From: Octopus sinensis
Taxonomy: Eukaryota
Length of the DNA stretch: 64,000 nt
Assembly (NCBI RefSeq): GCF_006345805.1
Contig: NC_043012.1
Span: forward strand, 52,080,001 to 52,144,000
Reading direction: 5' to 3'
Shown in pieces: positions 14,605 through 27,570 of this stretch (the stretch's first letter is position 1; every line of letters starts with the position of its first letter). The position numbers and the translations under genes were made by a program. A model generated the notes under the pieces. The model made no database searches. It was not told the DNA's origin and saw nothing but the letters and a program-made list of their open reading frames with translations.

Positions 14605-14660
14605 TATACATTCATACATACATTATACATAAATCATAAATACATACATTCATACGTATG
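14515..14660. repeat. (CATA)n microsatellite
   Basis: Direct tetranucleotide repeat. Confidence 0.95.
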
Positions 14661-17600
14661 TACGTACAGACAGACAGATAGATAGACAAGCGAGCAGACA
14701 GATTGTCAGATATTCATGTCAAGAAAGAGGCAAACTGACTGACAGATAGTCACCAATACAAACAGTCGGAGAATGTGCAGGGTATACAAAGCTCATTATT
14801 TGCTAGCGATTGTTTGGAAATTGAGATTCGTAGAGCCTGAAATTAATATGGAAAGAGAAGGCGAGTGAGAGAAAGGAAATGATGAATTCATGGCTTCTGT
14901 GAGAGAAAAAGAAATATTCAGAAAGATAAATATTGAAATATCAAGTGTGGAATACCGGGTAGATAAGCTTCCTTTAAAATAACAACTGCACTGGTTTCAG
15001 TGAGTGAAAATCAATATACTTGCAAATCAACTCTGATTTCATTAAATTTCTGTAATAGTTACAAGCTATGGCACAATCTAAACGACAGCATTAACTCAGT
15101 TTAGAGATTTTGGGTTTGCTTTTTGTTTGGTTTTGCAAATCCTTTAGTATGATGAATTGCTTTAAAGAATCTCCATTAAAGAATATATTGATTTTTTTTT
15201 TCATTTGATAATTGTGTCTGCAGTGGAGAAGGAAGCGCGACGAGACGGCGATGCAGTTCCAATTTCCGGTTGAAACTGTTGCAATTAACTTTCTCCATTA
15301 ACGGTGTTGGGAAGTGTATGAAAGTCACAACGTCACATTTTCTATCCAATAATGTATCGTCACTCAGTAGAAAGTAATATAACGGCTTCATGTTTCACAA
15401 GTACAGGAGTTGCAGTAGTGAAGGATGTTGCGTTACACTCGATTGAATCGATTCTGTATATCAATGTCATTTACATTATCGACCACGAAAAGATGAATAG
15501 CTAAGTCTACACCGTCGACATTTAACGTAAATGTGAAATGGCCGAAACGGAATATATTAATGCATTTATAACAGCGTATTACTATTGTCTTATATTATCT
15601 GCAGCACTGTTATATTTGATATGATGTTCTACATTGGCACAAGGCCATATATTTCCGCAGAAGGTATAATACGTTTATTGTGATGGACAGTATCATCGAC
15701 AAAGATTTTGCTATTAGGAAAATTCCGAATGTCTGAGCTTTGCTCAGCTCCACTGTAATTGGAAAAACACTCTTGGTATTGAGCACTAATCAACTTTAAG
15801 TAAAATCTCTTATAAATTGACCAATTGTATCTGGTATGTAGGACACATAAAATTGAAGTGTACGGCAATCTATCCGGTAATTGCTTTGAATTGATATTTC
15901 AAATGTTATTATATTACTCAGTCGGCCCGGTTATTTCCTCACTCTACAAGTCAAGTACGTATTTTATGGTTTGAAGAGAGTTTGAATAAAACAACTCGTG
16001 CGTGGAATCTGAAGTCTGAGTATTAAAGCCTCTTCAGCAAGCAGTTCAGTAACAAACGTAAGGATATCATTGAAAAAAATTGAAATGCAACACAACTCAT
16101 AGAAAATGTATTTGAATATCAGGGTATATTGTGCTACTGTCTAAAAATATGACTGTAAAATTAAGTAATTCTTTTTTATTTCTTTTCTGCTTTTTAATAG
16201 ATCTGTCACTTTAGTGATCCCGTTTTTACAAAATTTGTAAACTGCTTTGGTATATGTTAGCTTTTCTTCACTGACTCCGATCCCTATTTGCCTCTTTATG
16301 ACCGCTAGAACGAGAATGGTTCCAGTTTAATCTATTTTCTCTTAAATATATTTGGTTTGTGCTTCTAATATGCGAGTAAGAGAATCATTTGAACACAGTT
16401 ACGTCGCGTGACAATAAAGAGTAACGTTGATGATAAATAAACTAAACAGGAAGTATTCGAACTACGTTATTTAAGCTTCCACGTTATAAATAGATGTAAT
16501 ACACTGTTTCAACTATAACTATGACGAAAGTAAGGATATATTGATATAGTTTGAGTAGAGACAATACTTAAAAATTTGCTAGGGAGAACCATTGTTAATT
16601 GAAGTGACGCATCGCTGGCGTGCCATTCATGAATTATACAGGAAAAAAGCGACTCGAGTTATCACGTAAATATTTGTAAACAGAATGCACAGTTGCAAGA
16701 TATTTAGACAGTGAAAGACCGATATAGGAACCAGAGCGTTATCGCGGATCTTATATATTTTACCTTATTTTACGAAATATATCGGATAATGTAGTATGAA
16801 ATAAACAGCCTAAAACCGGGAAAGGTCTAGCTCAAAACAGATTTAAATATACGCCTGCTCGATCAAGATGATTTGCAGCTAAACGACATCTTAAGTATTG
16901 TAGTATCTGATTCTCTATGGATAAGGACGATTATCTTTCAATCATTAGATTAACCAAAGTGCTACTATTGAAATTAATGTGTAAATTCTTAAGTATGCCA
17001 CAGACATAGGTAACCGCAACGTAATTCTAAGGTCGATTCAGCGTAACAGAATATGGTGAAATGGATCTTTAATTTGCACGTTCCAAAAGAGTAAAGGAGT
17101 GATCAAAGGAGAGAGTGAGAGAAAGTAAAAGTATTCTATAATTTGTACTTTGTTTACCGGCTCTGAAAAGAGAAAAGATAACCTCTAAAGGATTTGAACT
17201 GAAAGCGTAATCTGCAGAGACTAACATCACAAATCATCCTACTTGACTGTGCATTTTAGACCTCACATGTCTTCTGAAGTGGAACAACGGTTCGTGAAAA
17301 TATAAGAACGTAGAAATGAGTTGATATAAACACATCAGCTATGTAAAGATATTGACTTCATAAGTGACTCAGAATTGCATCTAGTATGTCCTTACCTTAC
17401 CAGAATATGACATATTTCTTAATTATCCACACTAAGGTATAAAGTTTCAAAGAAAAACCTTCTCGAAAAAGAGAAATTCGTAATTGAAATCCCTACCTAC
17501 CTACTGGAAAGTGTTATGAAATTTTGAAATTGCAGTTCCCGATGAAAATATAAAAGATTTTTCTCATTTCACAATGTAGTTCATGATATATAAAATTATT

Positions 17601-18859
17601 GTATGGTTACGGCTGAAACATCTTAGTCATAGGTTAGAGCTGGAGTTAAACATAAAAAGTGTTCAATGCTAAATATTTTAGAGGATATGAAGTGATCTGA
17701 TCAATTGAAATTGCTTATAATATTTATCGACATGTGTCTGTTCAGTCACTTCAACGATGTTAAAGACCAACGATGATCACAGTAGATTTGGACTTGAACT
17801 TTATAAATTAAATACTATTCGTTAGAGTATCGTAATGATTGTCTTGAGATATTTTTTCGGCCCCTCAGCAGTGAATTCGAATTTCCCGAGGTCAACTTTG
17901 CTTGTCAACCTTGTGGAAACGCTCAAGAGCCAATCCAAATCTGTTATGAATTTTTGTTGGTATGTTTTACGCTCTCAAAACGGGATGCATTCAGCAATAT
18001 GGCAGCTTGTAAAGATTACTCTTACCGGAAAAAATGCCAGTACTATGTTTCTTTCTTTTATGGGCATTGCCGTCACTTCCCTTGTCTTGGGCAATTCCAT
18101 GACATGCTCATAGTACTTATCACACGAGTTTCTTATGGTCGTTCACAGACTTGACGCATTTTCGCTACGGAGAATGTCAACAACCGATCATTCTATAACT
18201 GAAATATTAACTTTTAGCAATTACAAAGCCATACAAGGGTAGGAAACAATCTATTAATTCATGACTCGCACTTAGTTCATCAACATTTCAACCTGATCGA
18301 TATAAAGCAAATTTGCTTCTATCGAGATATGAATGGAGAAAGAACAGTATCTTAATTATTATAAGTAATTAAGTAATGATATTCGTCAGTTTTATCGACC
18401 CAGTCGATTCTACAGCCCTACTTCGCTACAACTTATGAAGTTCTATAATTAGCTAATATCTTACATGGCCTGATGGATATATATGGTTTATTGACCACGA
18501 ACATGTATTCATAGGAGATACTGAGAAGAATATAAATATGCATAAATATTTATATCTGCTTGACATAGTTAAATCGTAGACGAGGAAGGAACAAGTAGGT
18601 AACATATTTCTCAACAGGCTCCTGGTTTTGAAAAGTAGTATTTCACTGTATCGGCTACAAACAATTACTTCTGCATGGCCTCAGTTTGCCCAGAATCATT
18701 CAAGTTTCTCTATCCATGGGGACATTTGTCTCGTATCCATTTAACTGTAAACAATTGTGGAACTGGTCAGTTTAATGGTTTTATTCTTAGAAATTTTAAT
18801 AAACTACCTCGATAAATCTTATCGATAGCTACAAAGCCTTTGATCATCAGCTTTGGTTG

Positions 18860-18860
<1 letters not shown>

Positions 18861-18943
<83 letters not shown>

Positions 18944-19078
18944 ACTACTACTAGGACTACGACTCATACTACCACCACCATCACCACTACTACTACTACT
19001 ATTACTACTACTACTACTGCTACTGCTGTTGCTGCTGTTACTACTACTACTGCTGCTGCTGTTGCTGATGCTGATGCT
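18861..19078. repeat. Compound (CTA)n/(CTG)n trinucleotide microsatellite
   Basis: Direct repeats; source of the poly-S, poly-T and poly-L ORFs. Confidence 0.95.
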
Positions 19079-19480
19079 ATTACGGAGTAAGGTAGGTGTT
19101 TGTTCTGTCGTTATCATTCACACCTCCCAATATTTCGGTTGTATAAGTTCACAAATTTCTAATTGTACAATTACGAACGGTCATTTTACCACAAAAGGAC
19201 GGTGTCTCTCCGATAAGATCAATTAAATCTCCCTCACATTACATTATTATACAAAAACAACGTGAAACATTCATGGTCGGGATGTGTTGATCATAGATAT
19301 GCTCTCTAAAGACAATAAATAACGTAAAATCACAATAGATACCGTAAAATTCAAGTGCCAGATGGATAGCAGTTTTGAAAGTAAAGTGTTCTACGGTATG
19401 ATTTGAGCCCTTGTCATTGAGACTAAATAGTGGAAGGAATTTTGTAATCATTTGGTCATTGGTATGATTTCTTCTTTGTC

Positions 19481-19708
19481 GGCGGCGAGCTGGCAGAACC
19501 GTTAGCACGCCGGGCGAAATGCGTAGCTGTATTTCGTCTGCCGTTACGTTCTGAGTTCAAATTCCGCCGAGGTCGACTTTGCCTTTCATCCTTTCGGGGT
19601 CGATAAATTAAGTACCAGTTACGCACCGGGGTCAGGTAATCGACTTAATACCTATGTCTGTCCTTGTTTGTCTCCTCTGTGTGTAGCCCCTTGTGGGTAA
19701 TAAAGAAA
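19481..19708 (+). mobile_element. SINE family B, well preserved
   Basis: GGCGGCGAGCTGGCAGAA head, B-box-like GAGTTCAAATTCC; nearly identical blocks at 38337 and 42618. Confidence 0.9.
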
Positions 19709-20052
19709 CGGATTTCATCTTTGTCAGATCTCTGTGCGAATTTTTTTCTTCTGGTCTCACAGCGGTTTAAAAGTTCGCTTCCCAGCGACTTGATTTCAGG
19801 TTCGATTCTCCAGGGTAGTACTTCGGTTAAGAAAGCTGTGAAGAAGCACTCATCTAAAAGATTGTTTCTGATATATCAGGTGTTGAGGTAAGCCCTCACC
19901 TTGTTTTTCATTGCTACCGGATAATTGATATTTTATTTCCAATCGGCATAAGTTACAGGGCGACTCAAGGGACGAGAGTTTCGAGCGTTGGTATGGTAAT
20001 TTAAATGTAGGAAACACTAGGCTCTTTCGGTCTCTCAGTAAATTCGTCCGAT

Positions 20053-20097
20053 TATTACTATAATTATAATTATTATATTATTATTATTATTATTATA

Positions 20098-20173
<76 letters not shown>

Positions 20174-20217
20174 GTCATTATAATTATTATATGCATATGT
20201 GTATATATATGTATATA

Positions 20218-20288
<71 letters not shown>

Positions 20289-20443
20289 CATATATATATA
20301 ATATATATATATATATATGTATACACACATACATACATACATACATATATATATATATATACACACATACATATATATATATATATAACATATATATACA
20401 CATACATACATACATACATGTATATATATATATATAATATATA

Positions 20444-20484
<41 letters not shown>

Positions 20485-20510
20485 TATATATATATACATA
20501 CACATATAAT
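20053..20510. repeat. (ATT)n followed by (TA)n/(CATA)n
   Basis: Direct repeats. Confidence 0.95.
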
Positions 20511-20764
20511 CATGTCTTGGGATCTATTATTAAGTGACTGTAGCAGAGTTCACTTACTTAAAAGCCTTTCGGTGTTATCATTAACATGTGCATAATTTTA
20601 CCCTATCCTCCTATCAGTTTTGGTTGCAATGAAATGTCCATATAGGTTTTGCGTCTTCTCATCAGTCTATAGAATAATCAAAGTAAATGTAAAGAGGCGC
20701 ACAACTGTTGCAGGTGATATAACGTAGGAATTACTCATGCGGTGAATCTTGACATTGAAACAAG

Positions 20765-20952
20765 GCCAGCAATTTCTGGGAAGGGGAGGAGTTGATTAAA
20801 TCGATCCCAGTGATCATCTGGTGCATATTTTATCGACCCCGGAAGGATGAAAGATAAAGTCGATCCCAGTGACACGAGAACTCAAAACTAAAGACAAATG
20901 AAATGCCGCTAAGCATTTTGCCTGCCGTGCTAACGATTCTGTCAGCTGTCAC
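20765..20952 (-). mobile_element. SINE family B, decayed
   Basis: Reverse complement aligns with the family B head and body. Confidence 0.75.
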
Positions 20953-21198
20953 CTTATTTTAACATATGATATTACAGTCTTCTTTTGCCTTGTATGATCG
21001 CTGCATTGCTTCCAGTTACTTGAAATTATGGAAATTTTCTGTGACAGAGTCATTAAAACCTCATAATCCTTGATGTATCTATTTGCATACCAGTTGTTCC
21101 CAGCTGAAGTTTCGGGCATGTCAACTTCGATTCTCATTGTCTGGAAAGTGAATACAACAACCACCCATCAAATAATGAGATAGATATTATCAGCTCTG

Positions 21199-21560
21199 TA
21201 TTCTTATTCTCTTATTCTCTTATGTGTTTCAGTCCATTTGGCTGTGGCCAAGCTGGAACAACACCATTGTAATCCTCTTTCCACTTTCCACCTTTGTCGG
21301 AGCGGCTTCTGGTGAAGGATGGAGTTCGATGCTACTGCCCTCTTTTGAGTTTCTTTCTTAGATATTGATTGGCTCCTCCGGGATCTCGGTGAGCCAGAGG
21401 TTAAGTTCAAGTTTGAAAACGTCTACATCCACTTCATGAACGCTTCCCAGATGCTTTGGCAGACAATTAAACAGATGTGGGCCCATGAAGCCCAAGTTAT
21501 TGCAGTACATCGTCCTTGCCCGAGATGACGCAGGCGGCGTGGGAGCATGGCCACAATTCT
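21199..21560 (-). mobile_element. 3' end of CR1/L2-like LINE (ORF2 C-terminus plus tail)
   Basis: Minus strand reads YCNNLGFMGPHLFNCLPKHLGSVHEVDVDVFKLELNLWLTEIPEEP, resembling the 'GPxLFNxLPxxLR...FKxxLDxFL' CR1/L2 C-terminus; ends in (GAGAATAA)n. Confidence 0.8.
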
Positions 21561-22176
21561 ATTACTGAAATCACACAAAAAAAATAATTAACAAATCCGT
21601 ATGAAACCAAATCAAAACTCTCTCTATGCAGATATAGTTTCCAATTCAACCATAGCAAATGCTGAGTGACTTACAAATATGCCTTCTCCAGAAAGTATAT
21701 ATATTTTTTCGTTTTAATTATTGGAATTATAATGAGGTATTATACTGAGGTTCCACCCTGAAGGATTTTGTCCGACAAATCCACCCCAGTAATTATCATT
21801 TTAAGTATGATATTCTCCCGGTATGTTTTTCTGTTAAATTGATGGTCGTAAAATAAACCAACACCGGTCAACAAGTGGTGGTGGCGAACGTATGCACACA
21901 CAGCACAGGCACACACGTGCACATAAAGACAAGCGTGTGCACGCGCGCATGCACGCACATACACACGCACATACACAACCACACACAAACACACGTATCA
22001 AAACTAGAAACTGGGAAAATTGGCATCATTGTTTCACCATTATACGTGTTTCATTTGCAATAAGATTCTTCAAGCAGAGACTCAAGTAATACAAAATTTA
22101 CACTTGGATTAAGCTTTTGTATATAGTCATTAATCAGGACTATAGATAGTAAGAAAGGTGATTAAGAAAATATATA

Positions 22177-22551
22177 TCTCTCTATATAAAGCTGAATGTG
22201 TCTGTTTATCGCAGGTTTGGTAGCCTTCAACTAACACTATCTCCTCCGAGACCCTGCGACACAAGTTGACCAAAATTGAGTGTATGATGGAAGAAGGATG
22301 GCTCTTCCTTCTGTGGAAGACAAAAAACATATCGGACCATGTTAACACCAAAATTTATTTACATCAAAAACGTGCTTTTTTTCTATGAAAATTCCTATTT
22401 TTTAACGATTTTGACTGCTGTGTCGCCATTTTTCGGTGCATTTCAACCAGAAAAAAAATAAAAAGCTACATAAAGCAGAATTTTTACTTTTCAAAAATTC
22501 TAATTCTGAAGTGTCGAAACAAACCCGAGCAACGCCGGGCGATACTGCTAG
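22177..22551 (+). mobile_element. Non-autonomous Helitron (~375 bp)
   Basis: 5' TC preceded by A (a|TCTCTCTATATAAAGCTG); 3' hairpin CCCG-agcaacgc-CGGG (22524-22539) then CTAG (22548-22551) followed by T; no TSD. Confidence 0.75.
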
Positions 22552-23431
22552 TATAATATAAAAGAGAGAGTGAATTTTAGAGATGGATGCAATAAGCTGA
22601 AGTACTTATACATTCAGCATTGTATGTATACGTATGTGTACGCACATAAAACATATACACATACATATTCACATACATTCATATATATGAATACACAAAC
22701 AAATATATAAAACTCATACAAGCATACAACTATAAACAGATCTGTACACATGCAAATACATTCATACTTACATATGCACACATGCACATAGAAAGCAACG
22801 GATGAACCTCGTCTAGATCCAACCTGGAAATAACTCGGGTATTCAGAAATTCTGCAGTGTTGTCCAGCGTACAGGAAGACCACTGGGAGTGATGCACTTC
22901 ATATCTTTTGTTAAGGCATGTCTTTAGAAGTTTACACTCATACAAAACCAGATATGAAGGAATTGCAATGAAACTTTTGGAAATCACCTGCTTGTGCTTC
23001 AAATCATAGAGCTACCATATTCCTGAGCCAGCGACCCATATTGGCACTATATATATATATATGGCTTATATCAGTAGGGTGGAGAGGGTCTTTTAAATGC
23101 TGTGCATGGCCTACTGTACCTAAAGGTTTCGAGCGTGCAATTTCAGGAGAGGCAACCATCCGATGCCCGATTGAGTAATTGGGGGCTGTGGAAATCATAA
23201 AGGCCACAAAAGCGAAACGGTGAGAGCCGACCGCTGGTCATATAACCTCATGGATGGGCATTGCCATCAGTCTGCATGGGCAACGGTCAGTAATGGTCAT
23301 CCCCAGTGACAAGTGTAGGGCCATCATCTTATCATATACACAAAATAATAATCACAGTCACGCACTCACATATGTACATACATGAATCCATATCTATCCA
23401 CACATACACTCAAAACAAAACGAAACGTATA

Positions 23432-23470
<39 letters not shown>

Positions 23471-23710
23471 GCAAATACACACACATGAATACATACATCT
23501 ACACACGCACGTTCCTCGCTCACGCATACATATGCACATTCAATTGCTCGAAATGTGTAGTAGATAAAGAGCCAACAGCTGCTGAAAGGACGTTCTTTAT
23601 TTTACTTGTCTTGTTTTCCATTTGCTTCCATCCTTGTTCTTAAAAAAAATTCGTATTCCATGTTTTCGTATCTCGTATTCATGTTGTTTACATTTTATGA
23701 CGTCCTGTAC

Positions 23711-23757
<47 letters not shown>

Positions 23758-23867
23758 ATATATATATACACATACATATATACATACATATACATTCATA
23801 TATATAATATATATATATGTATGTATGTATATACATATATGTATGTATATATATATATATATATATA

Positions 23868-24283
23868 TACTCTTTTACTCTCTTTTACTTGTTTCAGTCA
23901 TTTGACTGCGGCCATGCTGGAGCACCGCCTTTAGTCGAGCAAATCGACCCCGGGACTTATTCTTTATAAGCCCAGTACTTATTCTATCGGTCTCTTTTGC
24001 CGAACCGCTAAGTGATGGGGACGTAAACACACACCAGCATCGGTTGTCAAGCAATGCTAGGGGGACAAACACAGACACACAAACACAGACACACATACAT
24101 ATATATATATATACATATATACGACAGGCTTCTTTCAGTTTCCGTCTACCAATCCACTCACAAGGCTTTGGTCGGCCCGAGGCTATAGTAGAAGACACTT
24201 GCCCAAGATGCCACGCAGTGGGATTGAACCCAGAACCATGTGGTTGGTTAGCAAGCTACTTACCACACAGCCACTCCTGCGCC
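23868..24283 (-). mobile_element. SINE family A, full length, young-looking
   Basis: Complete head to (GAGTAAAA)n tail; used as the in-window reference copy. Confidence 0.95.
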
Positions 24284-24295
24284 TATATGCATATA

Positions 24296-24389
<94 letters not shown>

Positions 24390-24498
24390 TTAAACATGCA
24401 CACATGTATTGATGGACGCATTCACACATATACGCTTTAACACATATATGGACAAACGCACAAACACACATGCACACATACATACATACATACATACA

Positions 24499-24527
<29 letters not shown>

Positions 24528-24529
<2 letters not shown>

Positions 24530-24773
24530 TCTTTTGTTCTTTATATGCTTCTCTTATTTGAGTGCGGCCATACTGGAGCACAACTTGAAGGGGTTTTATT
24601 CGAAGAAATCGAGCTCAGGATTTTGTAAGCTTAGTACTTATTCTATCGTTCTGTTAAGTCAAACTGCTAAGTTACGGGGAAATAAACATACCAACATCGG
24701 TTGTCAAGCTATGTTTGGGAGACACACTGAGACACTAAGACATACACACACATTACACAACCACTCCTGCGCC
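24528..24773 (-). mobile_element. SINE family A, internally deleted (duplicate at ~25757-26010)
   Basis: Tail and body joined directly to the ccactcctgcgcc head end. Confidence 0.75.
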
Positions 24774-24809
24774 TATATACATATATATATGCATATACAT
24801 ATACACATA

Positions 24810-24883
<74 letters not shown>

Positions 24884-24888
<5 letters not shown>

Positions 24889-25507
24889 AAAGATAAATGC
24901 GATACAATAAAATTAACTATAATCGCCGGTGTACCAGTACACGCCATATACTATTCAAAACACTGCGCAGACTCAGAACAAACCCGACAAAATAGGGGAT
25001 TGTGGTATTCGTCTAACGGTCAGAAACTTATCGAGAGAATATGAAACAAAGAAATGCGATACAATAAAATTAATTATAATCGCCGGTGTACCAGTACACG
25101 CCATATATTATACATATATCATTACATTCAAGGCGAAGAGTGCACTAGATACACAATAGCTGGATAAATTTAGTGAGATGAAAATTAAAAACTTTTACAA
25201 ACTTAACTTTTTTATACTGCAGTAGTTTCGCCAAATTCAGTAATAAAAATAGTATTCATTTACTCAGGCTGGCTCTTCAGTAAGATTCTGTTAATGATGG
25301 GAAGACCATATCAATAGACCCATGTGCGTCTATCGAAATGGCCTTACTAAACTATTCAAAACACTGCGCAGACTCAGAACAAACCGACAAAATAGGGGAT
25401 TGTGGTATATCGTCTAACGGTCAGAAATTTATCGAGAGAATATGTAAACAAAGATAAATGCGATACAATAAAATTAATTATAATCGCCGGTGTACCAGTA
25501 CACGCCA
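24884..25507 (-). mobile_element. Hammerhead-bearing ~404-bp unit (25104-25507) plus two truncated tandem copies (24951-25103, 24884-24946)
   Basis: All three pieces share the end ...aatcgccggtgtaccagtacacgcca; hammerhead motif at 25211-25285 on the minus strand; flanked by (TA)n. Confidence 0.65.
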
Positions 25508-25512
25508 TATAT

Positions 25513-25567
<55 letters not shown>

Positions 25568-25568
25568 T

Positions 25569-25613
<45 letters not shown>

Positions 25614-25729
25614 ATATATATTTTAACATGCACACATGTATTGATGGACGCATTCACACATATACGCTTTAACACATATATGGACAAACGCACAAACACA
25701 CATGCACACATACATACATACATACATAC

Positions 25730-25760
<31 letters not shown>

Positions 25761-26043
25761 TCTTTTGTTCTTTATATGCTTCTCTTATTTGAGTGCGGCC
25801 ATACTGGAGCACAACTTGAAGGGGTTTTATATCGAAGAAATCGAGCTCAGGATTTTGTAAGCTTAGTACTTATTCTATCGTTCTGTTAAGTCAAACTGCT
25901 AAGTTACGGGGAAATAAACATACCAACATCGGTTGTCAAGCTATGTTTGGGAGACCACACTGAGACACTAAGACATACACACACATTACACAACCACTCC
26001 TGCCTGCCCTATATACATATATATATGCATATACATATACATA

Positions 26044-26117
<74 letters not shown>

Positions 26118-26122
<5 letters not shown>

Positions 26123-26740
26123 AAAGATAAATGCGATACAATAAAATTAACTATAATCGCCGGTGTACCAGTACACGCCATATACTATTCAAAACACTGC
26201 GCAGACTCAGAACAAACCCGACAAAATAGGGGATTGTGGTATATCGTCTAACGGTCAGAAACTTATCGAGAGAATATGTAAACAAAGATAAATGCGATAC
26301 AATAAAATTAATTATAATCGCCGGTGTACCAGTACACGCCATATATTATACATATATCATTACATTCAAGGCGAAGAGTGCACTAGATACACAATAGCTG
26401 GATAAATTTAGTGAGATGAAAATTAAAAACTTTTACAACTTAACTTTTCTTATACTGCAGTTTCGCCAAATTCAGTAATAAATATTATTCATTTACTCAG
26501 GCTGGCTCTTCAGTAAGATTCCTGTTAATGATGGGAAGACCATATCAATAGACCCATGTGCGTCTATCGAAATGGTCTTACTAAACTATTCAAAACCTGC
26601 GCAGACTCAGAACAAACCCGACAAAATAGGGGATGTGGTATATCGTCTAACGGTCAGAAATTTATCGAGAAAGAATATGTAAACAAAGATAAATGCGATA
26701 ACAATAAATTAATTAAATCGCCGGTGTACCAGTACACGCC

Positions 26741-26741
<1 letters not shown>
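26118..26741 (-). mobile_element. Second array of the hammerhead-bearing unit (26342-26741 full; 26185-26341 and 26118-26180 truncated)
   Basis: Same nested structure as 24884-25507. Confidence 0.65.
26448..26518 (-). ncRNA. Type I hammerhead ribozyme, intact core
   Basis: Minus strand: TCTTA-CTGAAGA-GCCA[~35 nt]TGGC-GAA-ACTGCAGT-A|TAAGA. Stem I TCTTA/TAAGA 5 bp, perfect CUGANGA/GAAA core, stem II GCCA/TGGC, palindromic stem III ACTGCAGT, GUA cleavage triplet. Confidence 0.8.
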
Positions 26742-26781
<40 letters not shown>

Positions 26782-26939
26782 ATATATAATATATATAATA
26801 TATAGATGAGTGTATTTTTACCTTGTTAACTACTAACACGGAAAAATAAATAAACAGTTACCAGGGCAGCAATAGTATCAGTGGAATTTTCGAAACATGT
26901 GTCGAATGTAAAGATACTTGTTTAAACCTGCGTTAACTC

Positions 26940-26999
<60 letters not shown>

Positions 27000-27050
27000 A
27001 TATATATATAATATATAGAGAGAGAGAGAGAAATATACACACATACATGC

Positions 27051-27137
<87 letters not shown>

Positions 27138-27419
27138 GTATGTATGTATGGATGTATGTATGTATGTATAATTTTGTAACTCCTATTGCAAATGAGACAC
27201 GTGTAATGGTGAATAAACAATACCAAACTTTTTCCATTCTTCTATTCTATGTAATTATTCTGGAAAACTATTTTCCATTATTTCCAACTCTCATGCAAGT
27301 CTCACACTATTACAACACCTACATACAATCTTGGTGTACTGGAATATGCAGATGTGCTTCATGAAAGCACAGCTTGGATTAGAACATTATCTACAAAATA
27401 CACACACACACATACATAT

Positions 27420-27570
27420 GACTGGCTCCACAGTGTATCCGTCTACTAAGTACACTCATAAATTATTGACTGCCACTGAATTTTAGAAGTCATTTGCCGT
27501 AAAGTGCAACGCAGTGGGATTGAGCCCGGAACCACGCTTTCGCAAATGGAGCTTCTTAGCTTCACAGTCA
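27420..27570 (-). mobile_element. SINE family A, 5' half, old
   Basis: gcagtgggattgagcccggaaccac is the reverse complement of the family A head. Confidence 0.65.

Larger units (their letters stand above)
24391..26743. repeat. Tandem duplication of a ~1.23-kb block (24391-25509 vs 25623-26743)
   Basis: Same order of microsatellite, deleted SINE A and nested ~400-bp units; period 1232-1234 bp; copies differ mostly by small indels. Confidence 0.9.

Noticed and set aside
19970-20040. Hammerhead-like GCTC-GAAAC-TCTC-GTC on the minus strand
   Set aside because: Stems II and III are plausible, but there is no CUGANGA at the right position and no stem I.
24884-26741. CRISPR-like array (recurring ~55-bp palindromic repeat with spacers)
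   Set aside because: Eukaryotic context, no cas genes, and the 'spacers' are nested pieces of one unit rather than unique sequences.
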